DNA from: an uncultured Methanoregulaceae archaeon
GTDB taxonomy: Archaea; Halobacteriota; Methanomicrobia; Methanomicrobiales; Methanospirillaceae
NCBI GenBank assembly: GCA_964530035.1
Contig: CAZGXZ010000001.1
Location: 1-40,095, forward strand
Direction: 5' to 3'
DNA length: 40,095 bases
Within the stretch, counting starts at the first letter, position 1. Each line of letters begins with the position of its first letter. Both the position numbers and the translations under genes were made by a program. The notes under the pieces were generated by a model, which saw only the letters and a program-made list of their open reading frames with translations, was not told where the DNA came from and did no database searches. Below are positions 9,383 through 19,004 of this stretch, in pieces.

Positions 9383-11221
9383 ATGCGGCTTCTTTTGATA
9401 CATTCGGATTTTATTGAATACGAGCCCAAAAAGAAAACAAAAATGGCGGAGGATACAGTTCCGGGCAAGGACTCGCTTGAAGATGCCCTCGTTGTCTTCT
9501 GTGCCGTGGAATCTGCAGACGAAGATGACCAGGCCGATGTCATCAGGCAGACGGTATCGGAGATCCGAAAGACAACCGGACAGGTGGGGACCGACCGGGT
9601 GATGATCTATCCGTACGCCCACTTAAGCAGCGACCTCTCGACGCCCGAGTTCGCTGTTGATACTCTGAAAGCCCTGGAAAATGCCCTGTTGTCAGAAAAC
9701 ATGACCGTCAAGCGCGCCCCGTTTGGTTGGTACAAGTCTTTTACCCTCGCTTGCAAGGGCCACCCGCTCTCCGAACTATCAAAGACCATCGTTGCCGGCG
9801 GTGATGGAGAGACTGCGACAGCCCCAAAAAAGGAAGTCACTCATGATTTCTTCGTGATGACCCCTGACGGCGCCCGTCATGACTACCATGAGTACCTTGG
9901 TGATACGCCGTTCGGCTGCCTGGTAAGGAAGGAGACCGGGGAGCCTGCGGCAGCAGCCGGGGGAGAGCCCATCCATGTCGACCTGATGCGTGCCAAGGAG
10001 CTTGTCGACTATGAACCCGTCAGTGACGTGGGCCACCTCAGGTGGATGCCGAGAGGGAAGCTGATACGTGACCTCATGGCTGATTATGTCCTCAGCCTGC
10101 TGCTTCCGTACGGGGCCACCCCGGTTGAGACCCCGGTCATGTACGACCTCGGCGACAGGGCAATTTATGAACATGCCGACAAGTTCGGCGAACGCCAGTA
10201 CCGTTTCAGGAGCGGGAACCGCAGCATGATGCTCCGTTTTGCAGCCTGTTTCGGCATGTTCTCTATCATGCGGGACATGCATATCTCCCCGAACACGCTC
10301 CCTCTCAAGATGTACGAACTTTCAACGTACTCCTTCCGTCACGAACAGAAAGGCGAGGTCATCGGTCTGAAACGGCTCCGGGCCTTCACCATGCCTGACA
10401 TGCATACCCTTTGTCTTGACATGGCCGAAGCGCTCACCTGTTTCGAGGAGCAGCTTGCCATGGGGTGGCAGACCGGCGTTGATTTCGGGACCGGTCTCGT
10501 CGCCGCATTCCGCTGCACGAAGGACTTCTTTGATGAGTACCAGCCGTGGGTCGAGAAGATCGTGGCAGCATCCGGTCAACCCGTCCTTATCGAGATCCTC
10601 AGCGACAGGGTCCACTACTGGGTCGCAAAGATAGACCTTGCAGCCATAGACGGTCAGGGGAGACCGATTGAGAACCCCACGGTCCAGATAGATGTCGAAA
10701 GTTCAAAGAGGTTTAATATCAGGTACCACAGGGACGGCGAGGAGGTCCACCCCCCGATCCTCCACTGTTCTCCCACCGGAAGTGTTGAGCGGGTAATCTG
10801 TGCGATGCTTGAAAACACCGCTCACCAGGAGATAGCCCACCTCCCGACATGGCTCTCACCCACCCAGGTGAGAGTCATCCCGGTGGCCGAGCGGCATCTC
10901 GGGAAGGCCGATGAGGTCATGAGCATGCTCAACGGGAGAAACATCAGGGCGGACCTGGATGACCGTGATGAAAGTGTGGGCAAGAAGGTCCGGGAGGCCG
11001 GGATGGAGTGGGTGCCCTATGTCGTGGTCATTGGTGACGACGAGGTCGCGAAAGGGACCCTGACCGTTACGATAAGGAGCCGTTCGAAACCCAACAAACC
11101 GTTCAAGCAGGAAATCTCCGCGGAAGACCTGGCCCTGCTGATAACACGGGACCTTGCAGGAAGGCCCTGGCGGCCGCTCTATACCCCGCGGACCCTTTCA
11201 AAGAAAGCGCGGTATATTTAA
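9383..11221 (+). CDS. thrS: Threonyl-tRNA synthetase, archaeal type with N-terminal editing domain
   Basis: Archaeal ThrRS N-terminus [15 protein letters not shown], a class II core ([22 protein letters not shown]) and a C-terminal anticodon-binding domain. Confidence 0.95.
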   Translation: MRLLLIHSDFIEYEPKKKTKMAEDTVPGKDSLEDALVVFCAVESADEDDQADVIRQTVSEIRKTTGQVGTDRVMIYPYAHLSSDLSTPEFAVDTLKALENALLSENMTVKRAPFGWYKSFTLACKGHPLSELSKTIVAGGDGETATAPKKEVTHDFFVMTPDGARHDYHEYLGDTPFGCLVRKETGEPAAAAGGEPIHVDLMRAKELVDYEPVSDVGHLRWMPRGKLIRDLMADYVLSLLLPYGATPVETPVMYDLGDRAIYEHADKFGERQYRFRSGNRSMMLRFAACFGMFSIMRDMHISPNTLPLKMYELSTYSFRHEQKGEVIGLKRLRAFTMPDMHTLCLDMAEALTCFEEQLAMGWQTGVDFGTGLVAAFRCTKDFFDEYQPWVEKIVAASGQPVLIEILSDRVHYWVAKIDLAAIDGQGRPIENPTVQIDVESSKRFNIRYHRDGEEVHPPILHCSPTGSVERVICAMLENTAHQEIAHLPTWLSPTQVRVIPVAERHLGKADEVMSMLNGRNIRADLDDRDESVGKKVREAGMEWVPYVVVIGDDEVAKGTLTVTIRSRSKPNKPFKQEISAEDLALLITRDLAGRPWRPLYTPRTLSKKARYI

Positions 11222-11266
11222 CGGATCCCCCTCTCTTTTCCTGGTTATCCGCTGGCATCAGACGGG

Positions 11267-12478
11267 TCAGCGGGATACACAGGCGCCGGATTCCCTGGCA
11301 GCGGTCATTACCGCGGCGGACACCGCCTTCACGACCCTCCGGTCAAGGGGATTCGGGAGGATATGTGTCCTGTTCGGTCGTGAAACCGTTGCAGCAAGCG
11401 CATACGCGGCAGCAAATTTCATTTCGTCATTGATCCTGGTGGCACAGGCATCAAGGGCTCCCCTGAAAACACCTGGAAATGCAAGGACGTTGTTTATCTG
11501 GTTTGGATAGTCACTCCGTCCGGTCCCGACCACGGAAGCTCCTGCGGACAATGCCGCATCCGGTGCGATCTCCGGGATCGGGTTTGCCATGGCAAGTACT
11601 ATGGGATCAGGATTCATCGACCTGACCATTTCAGGCGTGACGATACCTCCGGTTGAGACCCCGATGAGCACGTCGGCTCCGGACAGCGCATCCTCGAGTT
11701 TACCGACCCGATCGTCGTGGTTCGTCTCTCCGGCGAGGATATACTTGTACTTGTTTGCATAGAGCCGGTCGCGGGCCCGGTGAATGATCCCCTGCGTATC
11801 GCACACCGTAACATGTGAGATAGCGCTGCACGCCCTCTTTTGGTATCCTATACACCGTATCATGCGGGTGATGGCGAACCCTGCCGCCCCGGCCCCGCAG
11901 ACGACGATGTGGAGGTCCTCGAACCTCCTGCCGGTTGCCTTGCATGCATTTATAAGCGCGGCAAGGACGACAATCGCCGTCCCGTGCTGGTCATCGTGCA
12001 TGACCGGTATCCCGATCTCCTGGAGTTCCTCCTCGACCTGGAAACACTTCGGGGCTGCGATGTCCTCGAGGTTGATACCCCCGAAAACCGGGGCCATGTT
12101 CCTGACGGCATCGATGAAATCCGTTTCATAATGCTCGAAGCAGATGGGAAAGGCATCTATCCCGGCAAATTTTTTAAAAAGGGCCGCCTTTCCCTCCATG
12201 ACAGGAATGGCGGCATATCCGCCGATATTACCCAGACCAAGCACGGCTGAACCATCGGTAACTATCGCGACGGTGTTGCCCTTTATGGTATACCGGTATG
12301 CAAGGCTGCGGTCCCTGGAGATCTGCCTGCAGACCTCAGCCACCCCGGGAGTATACGCGAGACTCAGGTCCCTTCGTGTCCGAATGGGTACTTTCACCTC
12401 CACGGACAGTTTTCCACGGAATTTTTCATGCAGCAGGAGCGATTCGGTAAAGATGGTATCAGGGGTCTGTTCATTCAT
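11267..12478 (-). CDS. NAD(P)-dependent malic enzyme (short prokaryotic form)
   Basis: Motifs [27 protein letters not shown] and dinucleotide fold VVCGAGAAG. Confidence 0.9.
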   Translation of the reverse strand: MNEQTPDTIFTESLLLHEKFRGKLSVEVKVPIRTRRDLSLAYTPGVAEVCRQISRDRSLAYRYTIKGNTVAIVTDGSAVLGLGNIGGYAAIPVMEGKAALFKKFAGIDAFPICFEHYETDFIDAVRNMAPVFGGINLEDIAAPKCFQVEEELQEIGIPVMHDDQHGTAIVVLAALINACKATGRRFEDLHIVVCGAGAAGFAITRMIRCIGYQKRACSAISHVTVCDTQGIIHRARDRLYANKYKYILAGETNHDDRVGKLEDALSGADVLIGVSTGGIVTPEMVRSMNPDPIVLAMANPIPEIAPDAALSAGASVVGTGRSDYPNQINNVLAFPGVFRGALDACATRINDEMKFAAAYALAATVSRPNRTHILPNPLDRRVVKAVSAAVMTAARESGACVSR

Positions 12479-12649
12479 ATGACAATTCCGGAATACTCTC
12501 GAGTCTTAGTTTTAAACGGAAGAATATTGTGGCTCATTTGAAGAACCACAGGTGATTTATCCAGCCGCTTCGAATAAGGTACGACAGCAGAAAACTACCT
12601 GCCCTGGTCATCCTACCTGCAAAAAAATGAACATGATATGGTATAATGT

Positions 12650-14701
12650 ATGAAACTGGCCGGGAAGACCCTGCTAGGCATCGCCATCACCCTTGCAGGG
12701 TTCATCATCCTTTTTGCCATCATTGCGGACACCGTCATCGTAGCCAGCTACGAGGATCTTGAAGAACAAGAAGCCCGGATAAACATTGACCGCGTTCTTG
12801 CCGCCCTTGAAAGCGAACTTTCCATAATAGACTATACCACGCGCGACTGGGCGTTCTGGGATGATACCTACCGGTATGTCCGGGACAGAAATCAGCAGTA
12901 TGCTGATACAAACCTCGGAGAAGGGACCCTCGAAACGATAAGGATGAACGTCGTGCAGTTCTACGACGAGGAAGGGGGGCTCGTAGCAGAACGCGGATAT
13001 GATCCCTCTGCTGAAGGCAGTTCCATGGACCTGGCCGTCATACGGGAATGGGCGATTGCAAACCTTCCTTCAACACAAACTTCAGAAAATGGTGGAGGAA
13101 ACAGGGGAATTCTCATCCTCCCTGACAAGGAGGTTTACCTCATCGTCATGCAGCCGGTACTTCGCAGCGATATGAGTGGTCCGAAGGCCGGAACCTTGCT
13201 GATGGGCCGCGCCCTGGATGACAAAGCGGTAAGGGATATTTCATCGACGACACGGCTCCCTCTTTCATACGCGGTGCATTCCCCCGGGGCAAGGACCGTT
13301 TTCATCCCGCTTGCCGACCGTGACACACCCTGGCGGACATCGGTTGAAGTCTTTAACCATTCTGCAATAGCCTCATCAGCCACGGTTGCCGGCACGGACG
13401 GCGGGGAGATCCTCAGGTTGACCGTACTGACCCAAAGGACCATATCCGGTCAGGGACGGGATATTTATCGTTTTTTTATCACCACGTTCTGCATCATGAG
13501 CGTGCTCCTCGGTGGCGCGATCCTTCTAATTCTCAGGATGATCGTCATTCATCCCCTTGATGTTGTCATGAGGCAGATCCGTGCATACGGAGAGGATCCC
13601 GAGGCCCTTCCCCCTGAAACACTCAAAGGAAATGACGAACTCGCCGCGCTTTCCTCTTCGATAACCGGCATGGTCCATAATATCCATGAAAAGGATACGG
13701 CACTCCGGCATTCTGAGGTCCAGTACCGCACGATCTTCGAAAATACCGGGACAGCCATGCGGATAATCGACCGGAACTGCCGGACCCTCCTTGTCAACTC
13801 GGAGTTCGAGAGGATCCTCGGGTACCGGAAAGATGAGATAGAAGCATGGTCCGAATGCAACCCGTTCATCGCCCCGGAGGACTCGCCACGTGTCATGGAA
13901 TATTTCCGGGCCCGGCAGGTCGATCCCGCAGCCGCACCGCGCCAGTACGAAGCCCGGATTCTTGACCGGTACGGGAATAAAAAATCAGCCGTCTTTACCG
14001 TTGCACTCATACCCGGAACAGACCTTTCCGTTATATCCCTGTTTGATATCACCGGACTTCGCGAGGCCGAGGATGCAGCCAGGCAGAGCGAGACCCGGTT
14101 CAGAGCGATTGTCGAGGACCAGTCAGAAATCATCATCAGGACCTCGCCTGGAGGGACGGTAACCTTTGTTAACAACGCCTTCTGCAGATTTTTTGGAAAA
14201 ATGCGCGGACAACTTGAAGGGTTTTTACTCCGTTTTGATCTCCCGGAAGATGACCGGAAGCGGGTGGATGCGCTCTTTGCCTCCCTCACCCCTGAACATT
14301 CCGTTGCGAGCATCGAACATCGTGTCCTCGTGAATGGCAAAGAGTACTGGATGCACTGGAACCACCGCGCGTTGTTTGGTCCCGACGGGCGGCTATCTGA
14401 GTACCAGTCCGTTGGCCATGACATCACTCCGCAAAAGCGGATCGAAAAGGCGCGGCATGAAGCACTTGACCGGATCAGTCAGAACATGGAACAGTTCCAG
14501 GCCTTGAATGACCAGATACGAAACCCCCTCCAGGGAATCATCGGAATAGCGGACCTTGCGAACGGCCCTTTTACCGAGCGAATCATGCAGCATGCCCGCG
14601 AGATCGACGCCATCGTCAACAAGCTCGACCGGGGATGGATCGAATCCTCAAAGGTCCGGGAGTTCTTGCGTAAACATGACAAAGGAGGAGGTCCTGAATG
14701 A
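12650..14701 (+). CDS. Membrane sensor: N-terminal TM, CHASE4-like periplasmic domain, second TM with HAMP-like linker, 2-3 PAS domains and a degenerate DHp-like tail. No ATPase domain.
   Basis: Hydrophobic segments at aa ~8-30 and ~275-300. CHASE4-type DWAFWDDTYRYV. PAS S-box-like repeats (YRTIFENTG.., FRAIVEDQSE..). The C-terminal NDQIRNPLQGI resembles the HisKA H-box SHE(L/I)RxPL but has Asp where the phospho-His sits. The protein ends ~60 aa later. Confidence 0.8.
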   Translation: MKLAGKTLLGIAITLAGFIILFAIIADTVIVASYEDLEEQEARINIDRVLAALESELSIIDYTTRDWAFWDDTYRYVRDRNQQYADTNLGEGTLETIRMNVVQFYDEEGGLVAERGYDPSAEGSSMDLAVIREWAIANLPSTQTSENGGGNRGILILPDKEVYLIVMQPVLRSDMSGPKAGTLLMGRALDDKAVRDISSTTRLPLSYAVHSPGARTVFIPLADRDTPWRTSVEVFNHSAIASSATVAGTDGGEILRLTVLTQRTISGQGRDIYRFFITTFCIMSVLLGGAILLILRMIVIHPLDVVMRQIRAYGEDPEALPPETLKGNDELAALSSSITGMVHNIHEKDTALRHSEVQYRTIFENTGTAMRIIDRNCRTLLVNSEFERILGYRKDEIEAWSECNPFIAPEDSPRVMEYFRARQVDPAAAPRQYEARILDRYGNKKSAVFTVALIPGTDLSVISLFDITGLREAEDAARQSETRFRAIVEDQSEIIIRTSPGGTVTFVNNAFCRFFGKMRGQLEGFLLRFDLPEDDRKRVDALFASLTPEHSVASIEHRVLVNGKEYWMHWNHRALFGPDGRLSEYQSVGHDITPQKRIEKARHEALDRISQNMEQFQALNDQIRNPLQGIIGIADLANGPFTERIMQHAREIDAIVNKLDRGWIESSKVREFLRKHDKGGGPE

Positions 14702-15312
14702 AACGACCAAGTACTGTCATCGCTGTGTATTGTCTCATTCTTATTGTCCTTTTGGCATCCCTTTCCGGTTGCACAGGAACCTCGCCTGGCATTTCACCGG
14801 AAGCCACTCCCTACCCGCCGGTTACCGGCACGGCTTGTGGATCAACGACAACCGCAACAGTCGCTGACATCGTCGACGGGGACACCATCCACGTCAGGAT
14901 GGCTGACGGGACCAGGGAAAAAGTTCGTTTTCTTGGCATCGACACCCCCGAGATGGAGCCAGACGGGAACAACCCGCGCGAGTACGCCCCCCTCGAGGAC
15001 ACCCGGTGCCTGGCCGCATGGGGAAAAGCGGCCAAGGAACGCCTTTCATCCCTCATACTCCGGAAAATGGTTGTCCTGGAACCTGACTGCAGAGAGGAGA
15101 ACAGGGACGCCTATGGCCGTCTCCTTGTCTATGTCTCCTTACCGGACGGCACGGACCTGAACGCGCTGATGATCAGGGAGGGACTTGCCAGGGCATACAC
15201 AAAGACCCGCGCTGAGCGCCTCCAGTCCTATATCGCCCTTGAAAAAACCGCACGGGAGAAGGGGACCGGGATGTGGGGCCAGGCCGGCCTGGAATGCCGG
15301 TATCCTGAATGA
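14698..15312 (+). CDS. Secreted or lipid-anchored staphylococcal-nuclease-like thermonuclease
   Basis: Signal peptide with a lipobox-like LASLSGC. SNase motifs VDGDTIHV...EKVRFLGIDTPE and YGRLLVYV. The ATG at 14698 overlaps the sensor stop (ATGA). Confidence 0.85.
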   Translation: MKRPSTVIAVYCLILIVLLASLSGCTGTSPGISPEATPYPPVTGTACGSTTTATVADIVDGDTIHVRMADGTREKVRFLGIDTPEMEPDGNNPREYAPLEDTRCLAAWGKAAKERLSSLILRKMVVLEPDCREENRDAYGRLLVYVSLPDGTDLNALMIREGLARAYTKTRAERLQSYIALEKTAREKGTGMWGQAGLECRYPE

Positions 15313-15410
15313 GATCATTCATCACTCCGGATTCCCGTTCAACAGGTCTTCACAGGACCTCTCCTGGAATGGCGCTGGATCTTTTTAAAACCGGCTCGCA
15401 GGTACTCCTG

Positions 15411-17393
15411 TCAGACCGCGAAAAACCCGCTTCCTTTCATATGGGGAGAGGGAAATGCCCTGCTCACCTCCTCCCAGGCGCGGTCAACCAGGCCACGGTA
15501 GTACGCGGTATCGCGTGAACCAGCCTCCCATTCAAGGGCAACGGAACAGTGCCTGGCATCAGTGACCACGTAGGCGATCTCCATGCCTGGGACGACCTCG
15601 ATCCCCTCTCTGCGACACGCAGCCACGGCCGCAGCCTCCGGACTCCTCCGGGTGTGCGAAACGGTCGCGACCCTCCTCCGGATGACGAGTGATTCCATGT
15701 CCGCAGCAGCAAGCCCCTCCCGTGCCTCACGGTACTTTGAAAAAGCCTCCTCATGGACGGATTCAAGGTCATACCGGGTCCTGCACCGTTCGAGAACAGC
15801 AAAACAGGCATCCTGCATCATCTTCACGTATTCCGGGGTGTCATGTCTCCGGCCGGCAACACCTCTGCATTTCATCCCTCCGGCGGCCAGCCTGCCGTAG
15901 TACCGGTTGTATGCCCCGCGGCCGTCCTTCATCGGGAGAAAGACGATCCAGTCATAGTGGTCGGTTTCAACCGGAAGCCCGGTTTCACGGGTGATAGTCC
16001 GCTCCAGGCCCGCAATATCATTTCCCTGGACAAAGAGGCAGTCCACCATCCCGTGAAGGACGACATAACCGCCCCCCTCGGCCAGAGTCTTGGTAAAAAG
16101 CAGGATATCCCGTGCCTTGCGGTTGATCGCCTCGTGGACCTCGATGTTTCCAAACTTTGCGTTGCGGTACCCGGTATACCCGAAGCAGGTGACCAGCATC
16201 CACTTGAGGAGGGCATCCATGCCGGCGGTGTTGGGGTCAAGGGCTTTTTCACGCTTTGTCTTCAGCCTGAACGAAAGAAGGGGGGCAAGGACTCCGGGCA
16301 GGAACCCCCTCCTGTCACGGTCTGCAATGGTTTCGGGCGAGAGGTTGTACCTGACGATGATACTCGGGTACAACGAGGTGAAATCGATCTGTGCGACCTC
16401 CCCAAAGAGACCTGCGACCGGCTGAAAAATCATCCCTCCCCTGTCCGATTCCCTGAGCCTGCAGCCCGCTCGCGTGCGCTCCGGGTCAGTCTTCCGGTAC
16501 GGGACTGAAATACCTCTCCGTACCGCCTCGTAGACCTCGTATGCCGAGATAAGCGTGCCGGCGGTCAGTCGGGCAGAGAGATTGGGGGGAATGCCGGTGA
16601 GGCGTGAGGCAAGAAGGACCCCTGCCAGCCCCCCCTCCCGGTAATTGAAGCTCTGGTTTGTGTCGATCAGGACCCTTCCATCAGGGATGAGTGAACCTTC
16701 ACGGTACTCCATCCTGCCATAACTGGCATAGGAGCGTGGTTCAAGCCGACGGTACCTCCCTGTCCTGGTGAAGGGAGGGTCAACCCCGAGAGCCCGTGCC
16801 CGTGAGACAAGGCGGGGCATCAGGAGGTCAGAGCCGGGAAAAAGGACGATATCAGGGTCGTGCGAGGCGGTGGTCCGCGCAAGTCCCTCGAGCATCGCAC
16901 GGTCAGACGACGATGGCAGCCGTGCGCCGTCCACATCAAGTGTTATCCCCTCCGTGGAGTGCGAGGTCCAGGGGTTCCCCCGGGCCATGACCGTCATGAT
17001 GCCGAGGTCTGCCGGAAGAGCGGTAGAAAACCTGTGCTCTCCCGGGGATATGCAGGGGACGATCCCGTTTTGTGCACAGTACTGCTGCTCGGCCCTGATG
17101 TCCACGTCATACAGGTGGGCATCACGTGCGGCCTGGCGCTCGACGGCATCGGCTATGTCCCGGCCGGCATGGATGCGGTAGCCCTCCCGCTCCCCTCCAA
17201 GCGTTCTGAAACGGCATTCATCCACCCGGAAAAGGCTTGAAAGGCCGTCCAGGAGATCTCCGTGCCGTTCCTCTCCTGCAAGGCCGAGGATGAATGACCT
17301 GTCCCATGGGACCGAGCGGCTGGTGACCTTCCCGTTTGCACGCTCCCAGGTGAGGATGTTTCCGTCCCGGTAGCAGGCATCAATGACCGGCAT
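15411..17393 (-). CDS. Family B DNA polymerase homolog with degenerate exonuclease and polymerase motifs (PolB2-like, possibly inactivated)
   Basis: Motif A is intact: DFTSLYPS (16362-16385). Motif B is degenerate: K-WML-VTCFG instead of K...NS.YG (16179-16205). Motif C is HGMVDC instead of YGDTDS (16038-16055). Exo I is YDVDI instead of FDIE, and the Exo II region [17 protein letters not shown] lacks the YN...FD pattern. At 660 aa it is shorter than replicative PolB. Confidence 0.85.
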   Translation of the reverse strand: MPVIDACYRDGNILTWERANGKVTSRSVPWDRSFILGLAGEERHGDLLDGLSSLFRVDECRFRTLGGEREGYRIHAGRDIADAVERQAARDAHLYDVDIRAEQQYCAQNGIVPCISPGEHRFSTALPADLGIMTVMARGNPWTSHSTEGITLDVDGARLPSSSDRAMLEGLARTTASHDPDIVLFPGSDLLMPRLVSRARALGVDPPFTRTGRYRRLEPRSYASYGRMEYREGSLIPDGRVLIDTNQSFNYREGGLAGVLLASRLTGIPPNLSARLTAGTLISAYEVYEAVRRGISVPYRKTDPERTRAGCRLRESDRGGMIFQPVAGLFGEVAQIDFTSLYPSIIVRYNLSPETIADRDRRGFLPGVLAPLLSFRLKTKREKALDPNTAGMDALLKWMLVTCFGYTGYRNAKFGNIEVHEAINRKARDILLFTKTLAEGGGYVVLHGMVDCLFVQGNDIAGLERTITRETGLPVETDHYDWIVFLPMKDGRGAYNRYYGRLAAGGMKCRGVAGRRHDTPEYVKMMQDACFAVLERCRTRYDLESVHEEAFSKYREAREGLAAADMESLVIRRRVATVSHTRRSPEAAAVAACRREGIEVVPGMEIAYVVTDARHCSVALEWEAGSRDTAYYRGLVDRAWEEVSRAFPSPHMKGSGFFAV

Positions 17394-17613
17394 GACCGTC
17401 CTCCCGCGCGAGCATCTCGACCAGCACCGAAAACAGGAGGGCCTCGGCAGTGTCCTCGAAGCAGCAAAATGCTTCGTTCTTATGGATTGAAGCCATCCGG
17501 GCTATGGAAGCGGCAGCTGAGCGGTCCTCCTCGCGGAGGTTGAGGCCCTCTTTCTCCCAGCGGTATGCCGCGTCTTTGACCTGCATCCGTATGCTGTCGA
17601 AACTGCGTCCCAT
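17380..17613 (-). CDS. Hypothetical 77-aa protein, translationally coupled to the PolB-like gene
   Basis: The internal ATG of ORF 17380..17805 lies 7 nt after the stop of the upstream 160-aa ORF. Its own stop overlaps the PolB-like start by 14 nt. Third-position G/C usage resembles neighbouring genes. I recognised no motif. Confidence 0.45.
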   Translation of the reverse strand: MGRSFDSIRMQVKDAAYRWEKEGLNLREEDRSAAASIARMASIHKNEAFCCFEDTAEALLFSVLVEMLAREDGHAGH

Positions 17614-17620
17614 TGATCCC

Positions 17621-18103
17621 TCACGCCGGCGTTCGCGGGGCGTCCTGCGATCCCTTTCCCCACGGGGTGATGGTGATGAGCCGGTCGGCATGGTGTGCAA
17701 TCTCTGTGAACACGGGACCGGGGGCCTGGACCTGGACGACCACTCGTGCGTAGTCAGAAGCGGCCCTGAACAGTGCCGCCGCGGCCACAGCACTGCAGGG
17801 GCCATGGGCGAACCATGATTCCGTCGGCGAAATCCATACCAGTGACCACACCGGTTGTTTCAGGAGCGTGCTGAGTTCCATGGCCGACTGAGGGCAGGCA
17901 TAGACCATCCGGCCGGCGTTCTGCAGGATCTTGCCGGGGTGCCGTGCCGGTAGTATTATCAGCCCGGGGCAGTCCTCGGGCAGGGTGAGGGACCGCAGCA
18001 GGGCGGAAGCAGCCTCATCAGGCATGACCAGTGCAGTAAAGGTCCTGGGCCCGAGGGGTATCCCTCCGGGGAGCATGATCTGCATCTGATCGCGTGGTGT
18101 CAC
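17621..18103 (-). CDS. Hypothetical 160-aa protein, first gene of the PolB-like module
   Basis: Uninterrupted ORF with host-like codon bias. GTG start at 18103, with alternative ATGs at 18085 and 18076. No recognisable motif and no TM segment. Confidence 0.5.
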   Translation of the reverse strand: MTPRDQMQIMLPGGIPLGPRTFTALVMPDEAASALLRSLTLPEDCPGLIILPARHPGKILQNAGRMVYACPQSAMELSTLLKQPVWSLVWISPTESWFAHGPCSAVAAAALFRAASDYARVVVQVQAPGPVFTEIAHHADRLITITPWGKGSQDAPRTPA

Positions 18104-18297
18104 AAAACGGGAAAAGGGACCCCGGCGCGGGGTGTGAAAGTGGGCCTCCTCGTTTCTGCGGTTTCCAGATATGGCTGAAAAGATAGTAATAACCGGTTTT
18201 CATGGCCTGGTGAGCCGTCCGGGGATAGCTGTACCATGCTGTCCTGGAAACACGCCCCTGCGAGCCTGGTTTACGAGGGCATCCGCTCCTTTGTATT

Positions 18298-18970
18298 TTA
18301 TGCCATGGTGAAGGTATCGTTGGATGAGAAGCCTGTCACTGTGTCACGTAGTGACTGACCCGAGATGGGGAGCGGGAGTCCCACGGGATTATGCCAGGGG
18401 TGAAGAGGGTCGTGGGAATGACAGGGCATACCGGTACATATCGCCTGCAGGATCCTTTCCGCGTACTTTGCAGAACATCCCTGAAAGGGTATGAGTGCCA
18501 TGCACAGCATGGCCTCTGCTTCCTGTACCTGTAAGCCACCTGTGGCAATTCGTTGGGTGATATCCTCGCTGTAGGGATTAAATTTGCTCGATCGCTCAGT
18601 TCTCTTCGGCGAGGTGGGTGTTGTGTGGCGGTTGTTATATTTCCGAACCGTATCCTGGTGATATCCCGTTTCCCGGGATAATTGGATGAGAGTCAACCCT
18701 TTTTGGTGAAGATTTCGAACAGGAAAAAATCTCGCTGAAGACTAGAAAATACAAAAGCCACGACAAACAACCCTGATAAAGGAATCACCAACGGCATGCC
18801 ATGGCTATCGTATTCAGGGGGTTTGGGGGGCGGCACCCCCCGGTGCCTATTCCTCTCATCCTCTGCCTGTTCAAGATGAAAACGAAAAAATCGGTTCGGT
18901 TGAAGTTTCATGGTCGGAATTGAATCTGATGAAGATCTCTCATCACGGTGTGGATGAAATTGAAGCTATA
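18298..18970 (-). mobile_element. Degenerate IS21-family-like element remnant: leader plus a frameshifted, truncated IstA-like transposase N-terminus
   Basis: One frame gives an HTH-like VRNLHQKGLTLIQLSRETGYHQDTVRKY followed by ...RSSKFNPY, resembling IstA ..TVRKYL..SKLDPY. A second frame (ORF 18336..18548) gives GSCRRYV and LFTPGIIPWD, resembling IstA GSY..V.RYV and RFET.PG.Q.Q.DW. No DDE core follows. The 5' leader is repeated at 39815-40095. Boundaries are approximate. Confidence 0.5.
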
Positions 18971-19004
18971 GGGGATGTAAAATTGCCGTTTCAAAAAAAA
19001 ATGG

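Noticed and set aside
18693-18911. 72-aa ORF in the IS leader (minus strand) and 78-aa ORF 39850..40086 in the second copy
   Set aside because: The 1-nt indel in the G/C hairpin, and a stop codon in copy B, break the frame between copies. The copy-B ORF is on the antisense strand of the element, so no conserved peptide exists.
14698-18970. Casposon, provirus or defence-island interpretation of the nuclease + PolB + IS remnant cluster
   Set aside because: There is no Cas1, integrase, capsid or terminal-protein gene. I saw no flanking terminal inverted repeats or att duplication, and composition is host-like. The nuclease carries a secretion signal and is coupled to the sensor gene rather than to the PolB module.
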